Below, piece after piece: positions 1-11,300 of a DNA stretch of 43,961 nucleotides. Where the stretch lies: contig NC_068985.1 of NCBI RefSeq assembly GCF_001194135.2, positions 86,046,385 through 86,090,345 of the forward strand. The letters are read 5' to 3'. The notes under the pieces were generated by a model. It saw only the letters and a program-made list of their open reading frames with translations. It was not told where the DNA came from and made no database searches. Each line of letters begins with the position of its first letter. Position 1 is the first letter of the stretch. Source of the stretch: Octopus bimaculoides. Taxonomy: Eukaryota. Made by a program: the position numbers and the translations under genes.

Positions 1-189
1 GTGACACGTAAAAGCACCCACTACACTCTCTGAGTGGTTGGCGTTAGGAAGGGCATCCAGCTGTAGAAACTCTGCCAAATTAGACTGGAGCCTGGTGTTG
101 CCATCCGGTTTCACCAGTCCTCAGTCAAATCGTCCAACCCATGCTAGCATGGAAAGCGGACGTTAAACGATGATGATGATGATGATGAT
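1..189 (+). mobile_element. 3' module of an Octopus-type SINE/LINE ending in a (GAT)n tail
   Basis: TGGTTGGCGTTAGGAAGGGCATCCAGCTGTAGAAAC...CCATGCTAGCATGGAAAGCGGACGTTAAAC followed by (GAT)n; near-identical copy at 32059-32201. Confidence 0.85.
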
Positions 190-387
190 AAGCACCTTAA
201 AATAGATTAGAGGAGATGAGAAGACTCTGGCTGTATTATTTTATATGATAGTTAATGAGGGTATTTCCCAAAGCCATAAGCCTTCTCACTGTTTTCCCAT
301 TATCTTTACAATTTTATTAAAGAGCCCCAAATAATAACAATTTGAACAATAATTGGTTGAAAGAATTTAGCTGGTAGAAAATATTGA

Positions 388-770
388 ATATTTAGAAACT
401 TTTACTTGTTCTACCACTTTAATGGCAAATCCTACAAGAACTGTAATTTTGGTCAGGGCTGGTACAAAAAGATCCCATTACAGTGGTATATCAGAATAGA
501 TCAGTGTCTCCTACTCCATTGACACAAAACCATGCCATTCTATTTTGTTATCTCATTAGTCCAAGACAAACTGACTGGTTTCATAATGAACAAAATATTG
601 ATTGAGACAAATACCAGTTTCATTATCCAGTTGATCTCCAAATGTCTTGGAAACTTACTGGCAGTTGAAGCAGCAGCAAAGTATTTTTAATCCCACCAAA
701 CTAATATTAGCTGTAAAGTTTATATCAAAAATTTTAATCAATAAAATGATTGTTAGCAAAATTAATATTA
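388..770 (+). pseudogene. Decayed Penelope-like RT fragment
   Basis: One frame reads IFRNFYLFYHFNGKSYK..PLQWYIRIDQCLLL..LTGFIMNK..YF*SH, resembling the PLE motifs FxFNGKxYKQ, RYVDD, IKFTME in order; matched by eye. Confidence 0.45.
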
Positions 771-1427
771 ATGTCTTTCCTGTCATCTAAAATAAAAACA
801 AATAAACAGAACCTATTAAAAACCATAGCTTTATCAAAATCATCAAGAATCAATTGATTAACCATTAGAAACTAGTAGAAGTACCTTTACTTTTGCTACA
901 AAAAACCCCAGATTTAATATATTTCACGAGCTTTTTTATCTGATTTAGAATTTTAAATATATGTCATTTTTTAAAATATCTTAATTTTTTTGTTACACAA
1001 AATTATTTCTGAGCTAACAAACATGAGGAATTTTCTTCCATTGTTAGTGAAAAACCTTTTGTTTCCTATGTCAGTGAGGTCCCCCAAGAAATATTTCTGA
1101 AATATTTTACTTCCTTCTTCTTTAAAGAGTCGAGTTTATTATTCTTTCCTCATAATGGTTTTGGGAAAGTCTAAAAGATTGAAAATCATCTTCATTTGAT
1201 TAAACACAACCATTTCTCAGCAACCTTTCCAATCCTAATAGTCTAGACTCGTATAAAAAATGTTTCTTTGTGAACTTTGTATAGTGAAGGACCAGTTTTC
1301 ATGTTATAGAAAATATTAAATTTAAATGATTTGTGTTGTAGTATCAATCCAAACTAGTTGAATGACGATAAATAAATTGTTATGAAAGTAAATTTTTGTC
1401 AATCTTCATTCATCAGGATTTACTTTT

Positions 1428-1742
1428 TGTTATAATGCGTGATCCTCATCCACTCGGATGTTATTGTCAATACCATGATATTCTTGTTGAGGTGGTATTC
1501 TGTGTCTTATTGTCTTTGACTCATCTATCGTGCTATCACTGACAGCTCCACAAGACAATGACTTTGAAATGTCTATCTTGAAGGTAACTCATATATATCA
1601 TGTAACTGACACTGACTCCAACTGGGAACTCATACAACGATTCTACTACTACTGTCTCTCCACAATGACTGACTGTCTGTCTTTATAATGACTCAGTCAT
1701 ATCACCTTGTCATTTGGGAAGGGGAATGCCATTTTCACTACG
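1428..1742 (-). repeat. 3' LTR of the Gypsy element
   Basis: Minus strand starts CGTAG (TGTAG in the other copy) directly after the PPT and ends ...TATAACA; the left boundary rests only on the terminal CA. Confidence 0.75.
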
Positions 1743-1754
1743 TCTCCCCATTTT
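1743..1754 (-). other. Polypurine tract (AAAATGGGGAGA)
   Basis: Purine-rich tract immediately 5' of the 3' LTR on the minus strand. Confidence 0.75.
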
Positions 1755-1839
1755 AGTTTTTTTCTCTGGGAAGTGAGTAATTTTATTTTACTTTATTTGC
1801 TCCTCCTCCCTTTTTAATGTATTTTTTTCCAACATATTT

Positions 1840-3232
1840 TTTTCTTTTTGGCATCTATTCGTAGGAACTCTGTGTTCTTCCTTTTCTTTCTGCTTGTACA
1901 CGTGGGTTCAACCACCTGTAACAGTGCTGGTGCCTGGAATGTGTCATACAGTCATTCTATAGGTTCTTCCAATCTATCAGGTTCATCTTTTGTGAATCTC
2001 TTCTTTAATTGGTTTCTGTGTTTTTTTTTTCAATACCATTTCTGCTTTTAATTCTATGCATCATTTTTCCTATGTACTTTGTGATTCTACCTTCTTCCCA
2101 GTATTATTTTCCATTTTTATACGTCCTCATGTACATCTTATCACCAATTTTGAAAAATTTTGGATTGTCTTTCCTGGTGCTTTTTCTTTCTTTGCCAGGT
2201 AACGGTTTATCAAAAACTGGTTTCACCTTCCTCGTGAACATCAGTTCTACTGGTGTCACCCTGTATATGCTTAGGAATTGCTGCAGAACGACTTCGTCTG
2301 TGACTTCCTTGTTTGCTTTTCTCAAAGCTCTTTTAAAAATGTCCACAAAACGCTCTGCCTGTCTAATTGATCTGGGATGGTAAAGTGCTATCGTTTTATG
2401 TTCTACTGCAAATATTTTGCAGAATCTTCTAAATTCCCTGGACACAAATTGTGTTCCATTATCAGATACAATCACATCTGGGATTCCAAATTTTGTGAAT
2501 AATTCATGCAAAATATTTATTGCAGTTGAGGCAGTTGGTCTTCTGCACTTAAACATTTCCGGCCATTTAATAAAACTGTCAACTACTACTAAGTAATAAT
2601 AACCATTTAATGGACCCGCAAAATCAATGTGTAGTCTTGTCTATGGACCTTTTACTTCTGCTCAGGGCTCCCATTTCTGAGTAGGCAATTTCGCTGCCAG
2701 GACACATCCTCTTCAGCCTTTTACTATGTTTACAACTTCCTTGTCCACCTTCGGCCAATACATATAACTGTTCATAAGCGCTTTCATCCTTGCGGTCCCC
2801 AGTCTTTGCGATGTCCAATATGGAATTCTGTTAAAATTCTTTTTTGTAGAATCTCAGGCATCACTACCATTTGGCCATACATTAGTATGGCATCGCATGT
2901 TGAATATATGTTTACTTGTAGCTGTTTTTTCTTCCGAACCTATTTTTGTTTTCTGTGGCTGACCACTGACTTTTTTGTTTCATTAATGAACTTAACTTTT
3001 GATGAATCTCACTTTATCTCTTCTAGATTTATTGGTAACTCTCGTACAATGTTTCACATTGTTTAATTTCTCCTTCGGGTCTTAGGGCTGCTATTATTGT
3101 ATCCTCAAATGGTTCACCATTTCTGGGTATTAACATGGATAGGTTGTCAGCATGTCCCAGCTTTTTCCAAGGTAAATATTCCATTGCGTAGTTGTAGTTT
3201 AGTAGTATGGTGCCCCATCGCTGCAACCTCAT
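1840..3232 (-). pseudogene. pol: Gypsy pol remnant: RNase H C-terminus, integrase zinc finger, core and C-terminus
   Basis: RLQRWGTILLNYNY..KKLGHADNLS; EFHIGH..MKALMNSYMYWP..G*RGC; RLHIDFAGPLNG..VVDSFIKWPE; IVSDNGTQF; HPRS..QAERFV; several in-frame stops and frameshifts. Confidence 0.92.
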
Positions 3233-3455
3233 CTATCGTGCTATTGCTGATAAACATCAAGACAATGACTTTGAAACGTCTACCTTGACGGTAACCCAAA
3301 CTTGTATATATCACGTAACTGACACTGACTCCAACTGAGAACTCATACAATGACTCTACTACCACTGACTTTCTACAATGACTGACTGTCTGACTTTATA
3401 GTTACTCAGTCATACCACTTTGTCACGTGGGAAGGAGAGTACCACTTCTACTACA
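3228..3455 (-). repeat. 5' LTR of the Gypsy element, truncated at its 3' end
   Basis: Aligns to 1520-1742 at roughly 85% by eye; begins TGTAG on the minus strand; fused directly to RNase H codons. Confidence 0.85.
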
Positions 3456-3609
3456 ACAGTTTTTTAAATGTGGAATCATTGAATAAATTAAGGGTTTCTA
3501 CATAAATCTATTGATTCATGGTTAAATAGTTTATGCAGAACTCTCTACGAAGGGTATGCCCAAAGTAATGCTAACATGGGTATCACTGTATTATCAATTG
3601 ACATAAGTT

Positions 3610-4080
3610 ATTGATAACAGAACTGTTGGTAGAGAAACTTCTCCTCTGTAGTAACTTTTCTTCTTCTTTTCCTTCAATACAAGCAAATAATGGGTTCCAA
3701 GAAGTAAGATGGTAACTTCCAGTTCTTGACGAAGTAGGAGGCTGGGATGTCCATCATCCACAGAAACTTACATGTAGTTTACATCGATGATATTACTAAC
3801 AAGATGATTCAGAAGTTTAACGAAGGAGAAACCAGCAATGAAAACAAACCATGAGATGGAAAACCTCAACTGAGACCTTTCATACAAATAACCAAAGAAT
3901 GGATCAAATGATTCCTGCAGACACTCAAGTCTTAATCTGTGAATTTGTTGCACAACTGGACAGTGGTCAGAATATATTCCAGAAGGTAGTGGAAGACTTT
4001 GGGTATTAAAAAGTCTTGGAGATTGACACCAGATTTGAATGAGAGAACGATGGATGCTTGTTCTCATCTGCTTGAAACAT
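3610..4080 (+). pseudogene. Decayed Penelope-like RT fragment
   Basis: Across frameshifts: ELLVEKLLLCSN, QYKQIMG, VYIDDI (3777-3794), TTGQW..IP, LWVLKSLGD*HQI; order fits PLE RT core to thumb. Confidence 0.45.
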
Positions 4081-4309
4081 TAGATAAGAATCTAAATAGT
4101 AAATAAGATATAAAATGTACCAACTCCTCTTCAGTTATTGATTCTACAACTTTACTAGCAAAACACACTAAATCTAATAAGATGATAATTTTCAATTTCT
4201 TTTAGAGATGTCTTTTTAGTGTAAAATACAGATTTTTAGATTTTCCACTGACTGGGAATTGTTGCTGGTTGAAGAAAATAGTTAAATATTTTAAGTTGTG
4301 TCTCTGAAA

Positions 4310-4800
4310 TAATTTTACCAAATTTTTGTTTTCAACTCAGTGAGATACAATCTGGAGCAGACAACATTATTTGATTCAATTTTAAAAAAACATTGTTGTT
4401 CTTTTGCTGGTTTAAAAACTTGTTTTTCCTGCAGTGTCCTAAATTCATTAATGGATGTCTCCCTTAAATCTTTAGTCAGCCATTTTGTACAAAAATCTAA
4501 TGTTATGTATTGCTTTTTCCCTGAGACAAAAGTATTTTACACATGATGTTTAGCTGAAAGTCAAGCAAGGAGAGGGAACCATTGCTGTTACAGTGAGCAA
4601 TAATAGTGAAGCTAATATGCTGGCCCAGCTTATTGAAATTCTCTAATATTCAAGAGGTGTCTCCAAAGGATGGGGTCAGCAGTAGGATGTCGTCCACATT
4701 CCTGGTGAAGAAGGCACATGAATGGCTGGTACTGAGTGCCTTACACTCCAGCCACAACTAAGTAAATAATAGGGAACAGGTTTGCAGGGCTGACATTGTG
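4310..4800 (-). pseudogene. Decayed Penelope-like RT fragment
   Basis: SPANLF, then FFTRNVDDILLL..ILENFNKLGQHISFTIIAHCNSNGSLSLLDFQLNI (4715-4545), resembling RYVDDI..LN..H..I.FT.E.E.NGSL.FLD. Confidence 0.6.
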
Positions 4801-5339
4801 TGTGTATTTTTATGTAACGTAACAGACTACTTTCAGTTTCTGATTAACCAGACTCATTCAGTTTCAATTCTAGTTAACACTTTATGGCTAACAGCTTGAG
4901 TTAACTGAAAGCATACCTGTATTATACAAATGTTACCTGTCTTATGGAGGGTAACTTTGAAAGTATGCTTTTGCAGCCATTGGTAATATCAGCAATATGG
5001 TAGACATACAATAATTATTATTTAAATGTTATCAAATCTCTTGATGCTTATGCAAAATAATGCAAATTTTCAAAAGAGAATATATTCATTAACTTTGAAT
5101 AAAATAAAGTAAAACAAATTTCTCATTGGTATAACTCCTCCTATAACTACTGTGTATCTCTTTTTAACTCCCTCATCCCTACAATTCTTCCTCTCTCACT
5201 CTGTGTATGTGACATTCCTTTACTCATTACCTACCACCAAGCCTAGTATGTGCTCTCTTCCTGCTCCTCTTTTACTCTCTCTCTCCCTTTGTATATGAAG
5301 TAAAGTATAATAGGAAAAATCGACCAACCAACATTATAT

Positions 5340-5450
5340 TGGCTACTATTATTTAGAAAAAATATAGATATGTATAAAAAAAAGACAGGATGGTCAAAAT
5401 GAGAACGTCTTTGATCACATGTCTGTCTTGTCAATGAAGGCCAACATATG
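5340..5450. repeat. Dispersed repeat family D fragment (ATGGTCAA..GTCTTTGATCA core)
   Basis: CGTCTTTGATCACA core shared with 6490-6660; related TTGGCTGCTATTTCTAGCAGG-like module recurs near 22620, 34960, 35910, 38270 and 38590. Confidence 0.5.
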
Positions 5451-5989
5451 CTTAAACATCAAAGGCAAGAACAAGTTATGAGATGTTTTGCAATATATTT
5501 CACAGTATAATTGATATTTTCCTTATTAATGATTTCTTTGTTAATTTAATTCTTTCTTTACTAAATCCTGCGCTGAAAATTCCTTTGTATTTAACTCTTT
5601 GATTATTAAGTGATTCTTTGCAGATTTTCTACAGAATTTAGAGCTAGCACTGAAAGTTACAATGCTTTGCATATGAATATGTCTTTGTAAACAATGCAAT
5701 CAAAGATAGAAAAATTGCATTGCTTCCATTGATGTATTCATCTACAAAATGCTGTAACTTTTAGTGCTGGCTCTAAATTTCATAGAAAATATGTAGAGAT
5801 ATACTTAAAAGTAATTAAATCCCTCTGCTAACACAAAAAAGTAGGACACAGTATTCACTAATAAACCTTGAATGTACTTAACAGTATATCATAGTTGCAA
5901 GACAAAATACGGTATCCCTACCAGCAATTAATTAATTCATTGACTCCTGAGAGAGGTAAAGCAATGCAGATGTTTTCCAGTAATTTAAT

Positions 5990-6400
5990 AAATATCAACG
6001 TATCATATTTATATTCTTCAGCACCTTCCACTACTTCACTGAATGCAATACTATCAAATGGAATTCGCATAAGAATTCCCATAAAAATCTTCAAGCTTTT
6101 AAAATATAAATCAGTAAGAAAGCCTTGACCTTCTTAGAATTTTGTAAACTCTTTTATGAAGCTGAAATTGCTTGGAAAGAAATGAAGATTTATGCTGCTT
6201 TGAATAATCGATACATAGAACAAAATTTCAGCTTGTAACAAGAAATAAAAGACAGAAAAGAGTAAAAAAAAAAAATAAGTTCTGTGAACGTTTTTCTCAA
6301 CGTGAAATTACTTGTTCAATGATTTTTGATGATGAAGCTTCAGTTTTATTGTGGAATCAGGAAATAACAGCCTAAGAAATTCTGTTAAATCAAGAAATTT
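5990..6400 (+). pseudogene. Possible very old Penelope-like RT core
   Basis: YYQ/GIRIRIP, KLFYEAEIAW..RYIEQNFSL and SFSFIVESGNNSL echo G.AMGSP, RYVDDTF and FT.E.ENNSL; weak and multi-frame. Confidence 0.25.
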
Positions 6401-6489
6401 CATGGTTTTAAATAAACATAAACATCATCGTTTCCATGTGAGAAATTTGTCCATCCAGTATTATGGAACACAACATATCTTTTACTTAA

Positions 6490-6660
6490 TAATGAGCCAA
6501 CCTGCTAGGAATAGCAGCTAAATCTCCCCTAATGGAAGGACATATCAATAATATAATCCCAGGTAGATTATGTCCGAAAGAAAAAAACATGGGATTATCA
6601 CAGCTGGAGCGTCTTTGATCACAGGTTTGACCTTTTAGGGCTAAGCTGGAGCAAAGCCAT
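6490..6660. repeat. Dispersed repeat family D copy
   Basis: CCTGCTAGGAATAGCAGCTAAATCTCCC is the reverse complement of the module at 22621-22650; also carries the GTCTTTGATCAC core. Confidence 0.6.
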
Positions 6661-6980
6661 TTTTTCTTAATAAGGATTCTGCTTGATGTGGTAGAAATGG
6701 TAGACATATTTAGTTTGTCTCAGGTTAACCCTGAACAAGTTTAAATCTAATATGGGATTATCCTAATCATACCCATTCAATTTCCTTTTTCAGGCATAGT
6801 GTACTTATGAGAGATTTAGCTGTTAATTTCAGCCAGCCCAACAATTGTATAGAGAGGAAACTCAGTGACTTATGTGTTTACATTTATGTGGAGAAGGAAG
6901 GAAGAGCTACTGTGAGGTTCATGCCTCTCTCACTGTGTATGAAAAAGAATAAATCAGTAAAGGGAAAGAGGAAATGGATT

Positions 6981-7232
6981 TAATAGAGTCTTCATTCGAG
7001 AATTATGTTATTCGAGCTTTCTATTCGAACTTTACCCAAGAGTGATCTTAAAAGAACCAGTCCGTTTGCTTTGAGGAGATGCAAATTGAACAATTTTTTA
7101 ACAAAAAAAAAAAAAAAACTTCATAAAACGGTTGTAAAGAGCAAAGAGCTTACTATTCAATTTTATCCAACTCAAGTTTGTTGTCCCAAGCTCGGGGTTA
7201 GATTGAAGTTCGAGTAACAGTGGGCTCTACTG
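6981..7232. mobile_element. Possible Tigger/pogo-like MITE
   Basis: Right end reads CAGTAGAGCCCACTGTTACTCGAAC on the minus strand; left end is degenerate with repeated TTCGA motifs. Confidence 0.35.
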
Positions 7233-7444
7233 GACGAGTTAGATAAGATAGAGAGAAGACTGCTTGATACCAACCGTTACTTGATAATTAGTAAGATCCT
7301 TTACTCTCCTGATTTTCACATACACAAGGAGACAAAAACACACACACCTAAAGACACACAGGTTTATGTTAGTATACTGAATGTATGCATAAATGTATAT
7401 AAGTCTATGCATGTATAACTGTAAAATAATATTGGCTTCAAATT

Positions 7445-7935
7445 TTGCCACAATGCCAGCAATTTCAGTGATGGTGGGGTTAGTCAATTACATCAACTCC
7501 AGTATTTAACTGGTAGTACTTATTTTCATCAATCCCGAAAGGGAGGAAAGGGAAAATCTACCTTGATGGAATTTGAACTCAAATCGTAAAGACTGAGAAA
7601 ATGTTGTTAAGCATTTTTATTGGTTAACAATTCTGCCAGCTCGTCACTTTACTACCACCACTACTACAACAAACAACTACTACTACTACTACTAATAATT
7701 ATAATGATGATGATGATAATAATAATAATCCTTTCTACTAAAGGCACAAGGCCTGAAAATCGTGGGAGGGGATTAGTTGATTACATAGACCCCATTGTTT
7801 CACTGGTACTTAATTTATTGACCCTGAAAGGACGAAAGCTAAAGCTGAATTTGAACTCAGAATGTAAGGACGGATGAAATATTGCTAAGCATTTTGCCTG
7901 ATGTGCTAACAATTCTGCCAGTTCCACCTTACTTC
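7445..7935 (-). mobile_element. Two tandem tRNA-like SINE copies (family B) separated by CTA/AAT/GAT repeats
   Basis: Both copies (about 7445-7650 and 7730-7935) contain GAATTTGAACTCA (antisense B-box) and ACAATTCTGCCAG. Confidence 0.85.
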
Positions 7936-8149
7936 TACTACGACACACACACACACACACACATACACACACCCATTCTGCTCTGACTTTAAATTCCATT
8001 AAATGAACGTATTTCAACTTACATAATTTATGTCTTTGGAAATGGCAGGAACCTCACAAATTCCTTTTTCCCCATTATTCTAGATCTAGGTGGCTTCATA
8101 CCCAAGAAAGAAATACTTGTCATTATGGTTGATATAATTATTGCTGTTA

Positions 8150-8720
8150 TTCCTATTTTTATTAAGTTTGATAGCAACATGGGAAACATTTCGCTTCCTG
8201 CTCATATGGAATCTGCTGTTATGAATCACAATTTCAACAAAGTTGGCTGAAATGCATTAGAATATCTTGAAATGGTAGGAACCATGCAGCAAATTCTTAT
8301 CAATTTTCCAATTGGCAGTTTATATTCCTCAAGTTCGAAAATCTAGTGTTGTGTCATGCTGTGTTTTCATACGCCTTGATATAAATAAGTTAGTCCAGCA
8401 ATTCTATTAATCATATTTATAAAGAAACGGTCAATAGTTTCTATGTAAATAAGACAAAATGTAGTTATTATGTCTACAATGTCGCAACCACTTCCAAAAT
8501 TCAGTTCTTTCTCGCCTCTGTAGGATTCAAGAAAATATAATATACTAAGAATTTAGTTTTCCATTTAGAAATCATCCAATTCCTCAAGCACCAGTAGTCT
8601 GGTTTGTCTTTAACTATTAAACCATTTGCTTTATATTTAGTTTTAGACTCAAAACTTGAGAATTACACCCAGAAACATATTTTGGAAGAATTTATTTGCA
8701 AGAGATTACATATTAATGTT
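8150..8720 (+). pseudogene. Possible decayed Penelope-like linker and GIY-YIG endonuclease
   Basis: ISLP.., then QNVV/LLCLQC..RLCRIQEN resembling NVVY.I.C..C..YIG.T...L..RI.EH, then KHILEEF; frameshifted. Confidence 0.3.
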
Positions 8721-8789
8721 TGTTTTGGGGTTTTATTGTTTTTTTTTTCTCCAACTCATTTGCAATGAGCTCATGTGATATCTAAGAAA

Positions 8790-8826
<37 letters not shown>

Positions 8827-8829
8827 TAA

Positions 8830-8970
8830 TTTCTAATAAAGGCACAAGGCCTGAAGTTTGGGTGGGAGGGGACTAGTCGATTACATCAACCCCAGTGTTT
8901 CACTGGTACTTAATTTATCAACACCAAAAGGATGAAAGACAAAGTTGACCCCAGCAGAATTTGAATAACC
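8830..8970 (-). mobile_element. SINE family B fragment
   Basis: GGCACAAGGCCTGAA..GATTACATCAACCCCAGTGTTTCACTGGTACTTAATTTAT, close to 7740-7820. Confidence 0.85.
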
Positions 8971-9369
8971 GATAATATTAATAAGCCAACTTGTTGTTTT
9001 TGTATGTACATACCTGTGGTGTGTGTCACACTTACCTCAAAGAAGAAGTGAGTGACAAAGCGGGAGAGAGGAGGACAGAGAGGAAGTGAGAGAGAAAGAA
9101 AGAGTGAGAGAGACAGTGAGTGGTGATGGCGTTTGTTTTGTGTTTTTAAATGTTTATCATATCACAAGAAAAGTTGTTACATAGATACACACACACACAT
9201 TGTTAAATTAAAAGTGGGAGATAGGAGGGACACAGAGGAAGTGAGAGAGACAGTAGATACAGAGATTGAAAGAAAGTTGATACATAGATTCATAGGCGCA
9301 TTGTTAAATCAAAAACAATTACAGCAAATATTGGATATCACTTTCACTTTTCACTATCACACAAGGATA

Positions 9370-9470
9370 AAATTAACTCGCAAGTGGATGAGTACTCCAC
9401 AGACATGCATGCCATTAACGTAGTTCTCAGAGAGATTCAGCCTCACACAGAATATGACAAGGCTGGCAGG
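9370..9470 (-). mobile_element. SINE family C fragment
   Basis: GAGTACTCCACAGACA..CACAGAATATGACAAGGCTGG is the reverse complement of part of 18958-19261. Confidence 0.8.
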
Positions 9471-9637
9471 AAAACCTTTTTAGTCATTAGAGTCACTATG
9501 TATGTTAATCTGGTCCCAACAACAGCATTTGTGGGTCTCACAGATCTAGAGGCCAAGCCCCCAGATAAACACCAATGCGCAGGCTGTTATCAAACTGAGC
9601 ATGAGTCATGGGTGAACACATGACGGAATGGACACTC

Positions 9638-9870
9638 TTGGGCTGACCAAACCCTCGTGAGTGAATTTGGTAGACAGAAACTGAAAGAAGCCCGTCATAT
9701 AGATGTGTGTGTGTGTGCATGTCTGTATTTGCGCCCTCGTAACTTAGCTGTTTGACAGAAGAGACTGATAGAATAAGCACCAGGCCTACAGGGAATAAGT
9801 CCAAGGGTCAATTTCTTCAACTAAAGGGTGGTGCTCCAGCATGGCCACCGACCGAAACAAATAAAAGAAT
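9638..9870 (+). mobile_element. SINE family A, 5'-truncated
   Basis: GAAACTGAAAGAAGCCC-(GT)n-GTAACTTAGC..GATAGAATAAG..GGTGCTCCAGCATGGCC. Confidence 0.85.
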
Positions 9871-10117
9871 ACCAGAAGAACGTTCCATACCACTAAACCA
9901 AGAGGGTTTTTTTAATATGTACGATGTATTTTAAGGCTAAATAGTAATTCGGTTTATGTTTGCATAACATATTTTGGTTGGATTATATAGTTTTCAGTTT
10001 TACACTTCTTTCTATATTCTGTGTCACAATATAGAAACATTTCTCATGGGACCAACACACAATTTACAGATGCTTAAATTTTTTATAGTTCCCATGAATT
10101 TTTCAGGTGTCCAGCTA

Positions 10118-10149
<32 letters not shown>

Positions 10150-10150
<1 letters not shown>

Positions 10151-10609
10151 GTTTCAAATTTTTCGCACAAGGCCAGTAATTTCAAGGAAGTGAATAAGTT
10201 GATTACAAAAGACCCCAGTGCTCAACTGGTACTTATTTCATCAACCCCTAAAAGATGAAAGGTAAAGTCAACCTAGATAGAATTTGAATTCAGAATGTAA
10301 AGACAGAGAAATGGTGCCAACTATTTTGTGCAGCATGCCTCTTAATTGACATGTCAGTCCCAACAGATTACAATGTATCTCTAAAAGAAACGGAGAAACT
10401 TGTGAAATGCAATTCCACCCCACACTTATTTTATTATTCTCATCTAATGGCAAAGTTTATTACTACCATTATTATAATTCTTGGTTTTCTATTGACCCCA
10501 AAACATGAAACGTAGTCAACCTTGGTGGAATTTGAGCTCAGAGTGTAAAGATGGACGGAATTCTGCTAGCCATTTTGCCTGGTGCAGTAATGATTCTGCC
10601 AGCCTGCTG

Positions 10610-10610
<1 letters not shown>
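10150..10610 (-). mobile_element. Two SINE family B copies
   Basis: GAATTTGAATTCAGAATGTAAAGAC near 10280 and GAATTTGAGCTCAGAGTGTAAAGA near 10530. Confidence 0.8.
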
Positions 10611-10672
<62 letters not shown>

Positions 10673-10707
10673 CACTACCACTACTACTACTACCACCACC
10701 ACTACCA

Positions 10708-10750
<43 letters not shown>

Positions 10751-10758
10751 TACTACCA

Positions 10759-10843
<85 letters not shown>

Positions 10844-10844
10844 C

Positions 10845-10908
<64 letters not shown>

Positions 10909-11008
10909 ATAATAATAATAATAATAATAATAATGATGATGAAGATGATGATGATAATGATAGCAACAACAACAATAGCAATAATAATTACTATTATTAT
11001 TATTATTG
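10611..11008. repeat. Compound trinucleotide microsatellite (CTA/CCA)n-(AAT)n-(GAT)n
   Basis: Read directly; explains the poly-Y/H, poly-T, poly-V and poly-S ORFs. Confidence 0.98.
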
Positions 11009-11049
11009 ATAAGGAATGATGAGAGAAAATTAATTTCATAAATTATTAA

Positions 11050-11300
11050 AATTATTTATAATGATGAGGAATAAGAGAAAGAGGCGAGAGAGTGGTTAGA
11101 GGAGAATAAGAGCATTAAGGGAGGGGAAAGAAGGAAGGGACGAAGAGAGAGATAAGGGAGGAGAGGGGAGTGAAAAGTAGGAAAAAGAAGTGAAGGAAGG
11201 CAGGAAGAAAATAAGGCAGGAGAAGAGTAGAAAGGAAAGAAGGAAGGAAAGAAATTGAGGAGAAAATTTATGAAGAACCGAGAAAGGTTAAGATGAAGGA
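11050..11300 (+). repeat. Purine-rich (GA/GGAA) low-complexity tract
   Basis: Almost only A/G on the + strand. Confidence 0.85.

Larger units (their letters stand above)
1428..3455 (-). mobile_element. Internally deleted Ty3/Gypsy LTR retrotransposon
   Basis: Direct repeats 1520-1742 and 3228-3455 flank pol remnants; polypurine tract next to the 3' LTR; LTR ends TG(CG)...CA on the minus strand. Confidence 0.9.

Noticed and set aside
659-710. Minus-strand exon candidate with a GTAAGT donor
   Set aside because: Lies antisense within the Penelope-like relic at 388-770; the acceptor is poor.
3456-3463. Target-site duplication for the Gypsy element
   Set aside because: Flanks CTTTT and ACAGT do not match; a shifted GTTTT match needs an LTR end inconsistent with the PPT.
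5880-6130. Minus-strand hAT dimerisation-like peptide (KLLENICIALPLS)
   Set aside because: Lacks the ER.FS motif, contains stops, and conflicts with the equally weak plus-strand PLE reading.
10505-11039. Four overlapping 134-157 aa ORFs (poly-Y/H, T, V, S)
   Set aside because: Read-through of a CTA/CCA microsatellite.
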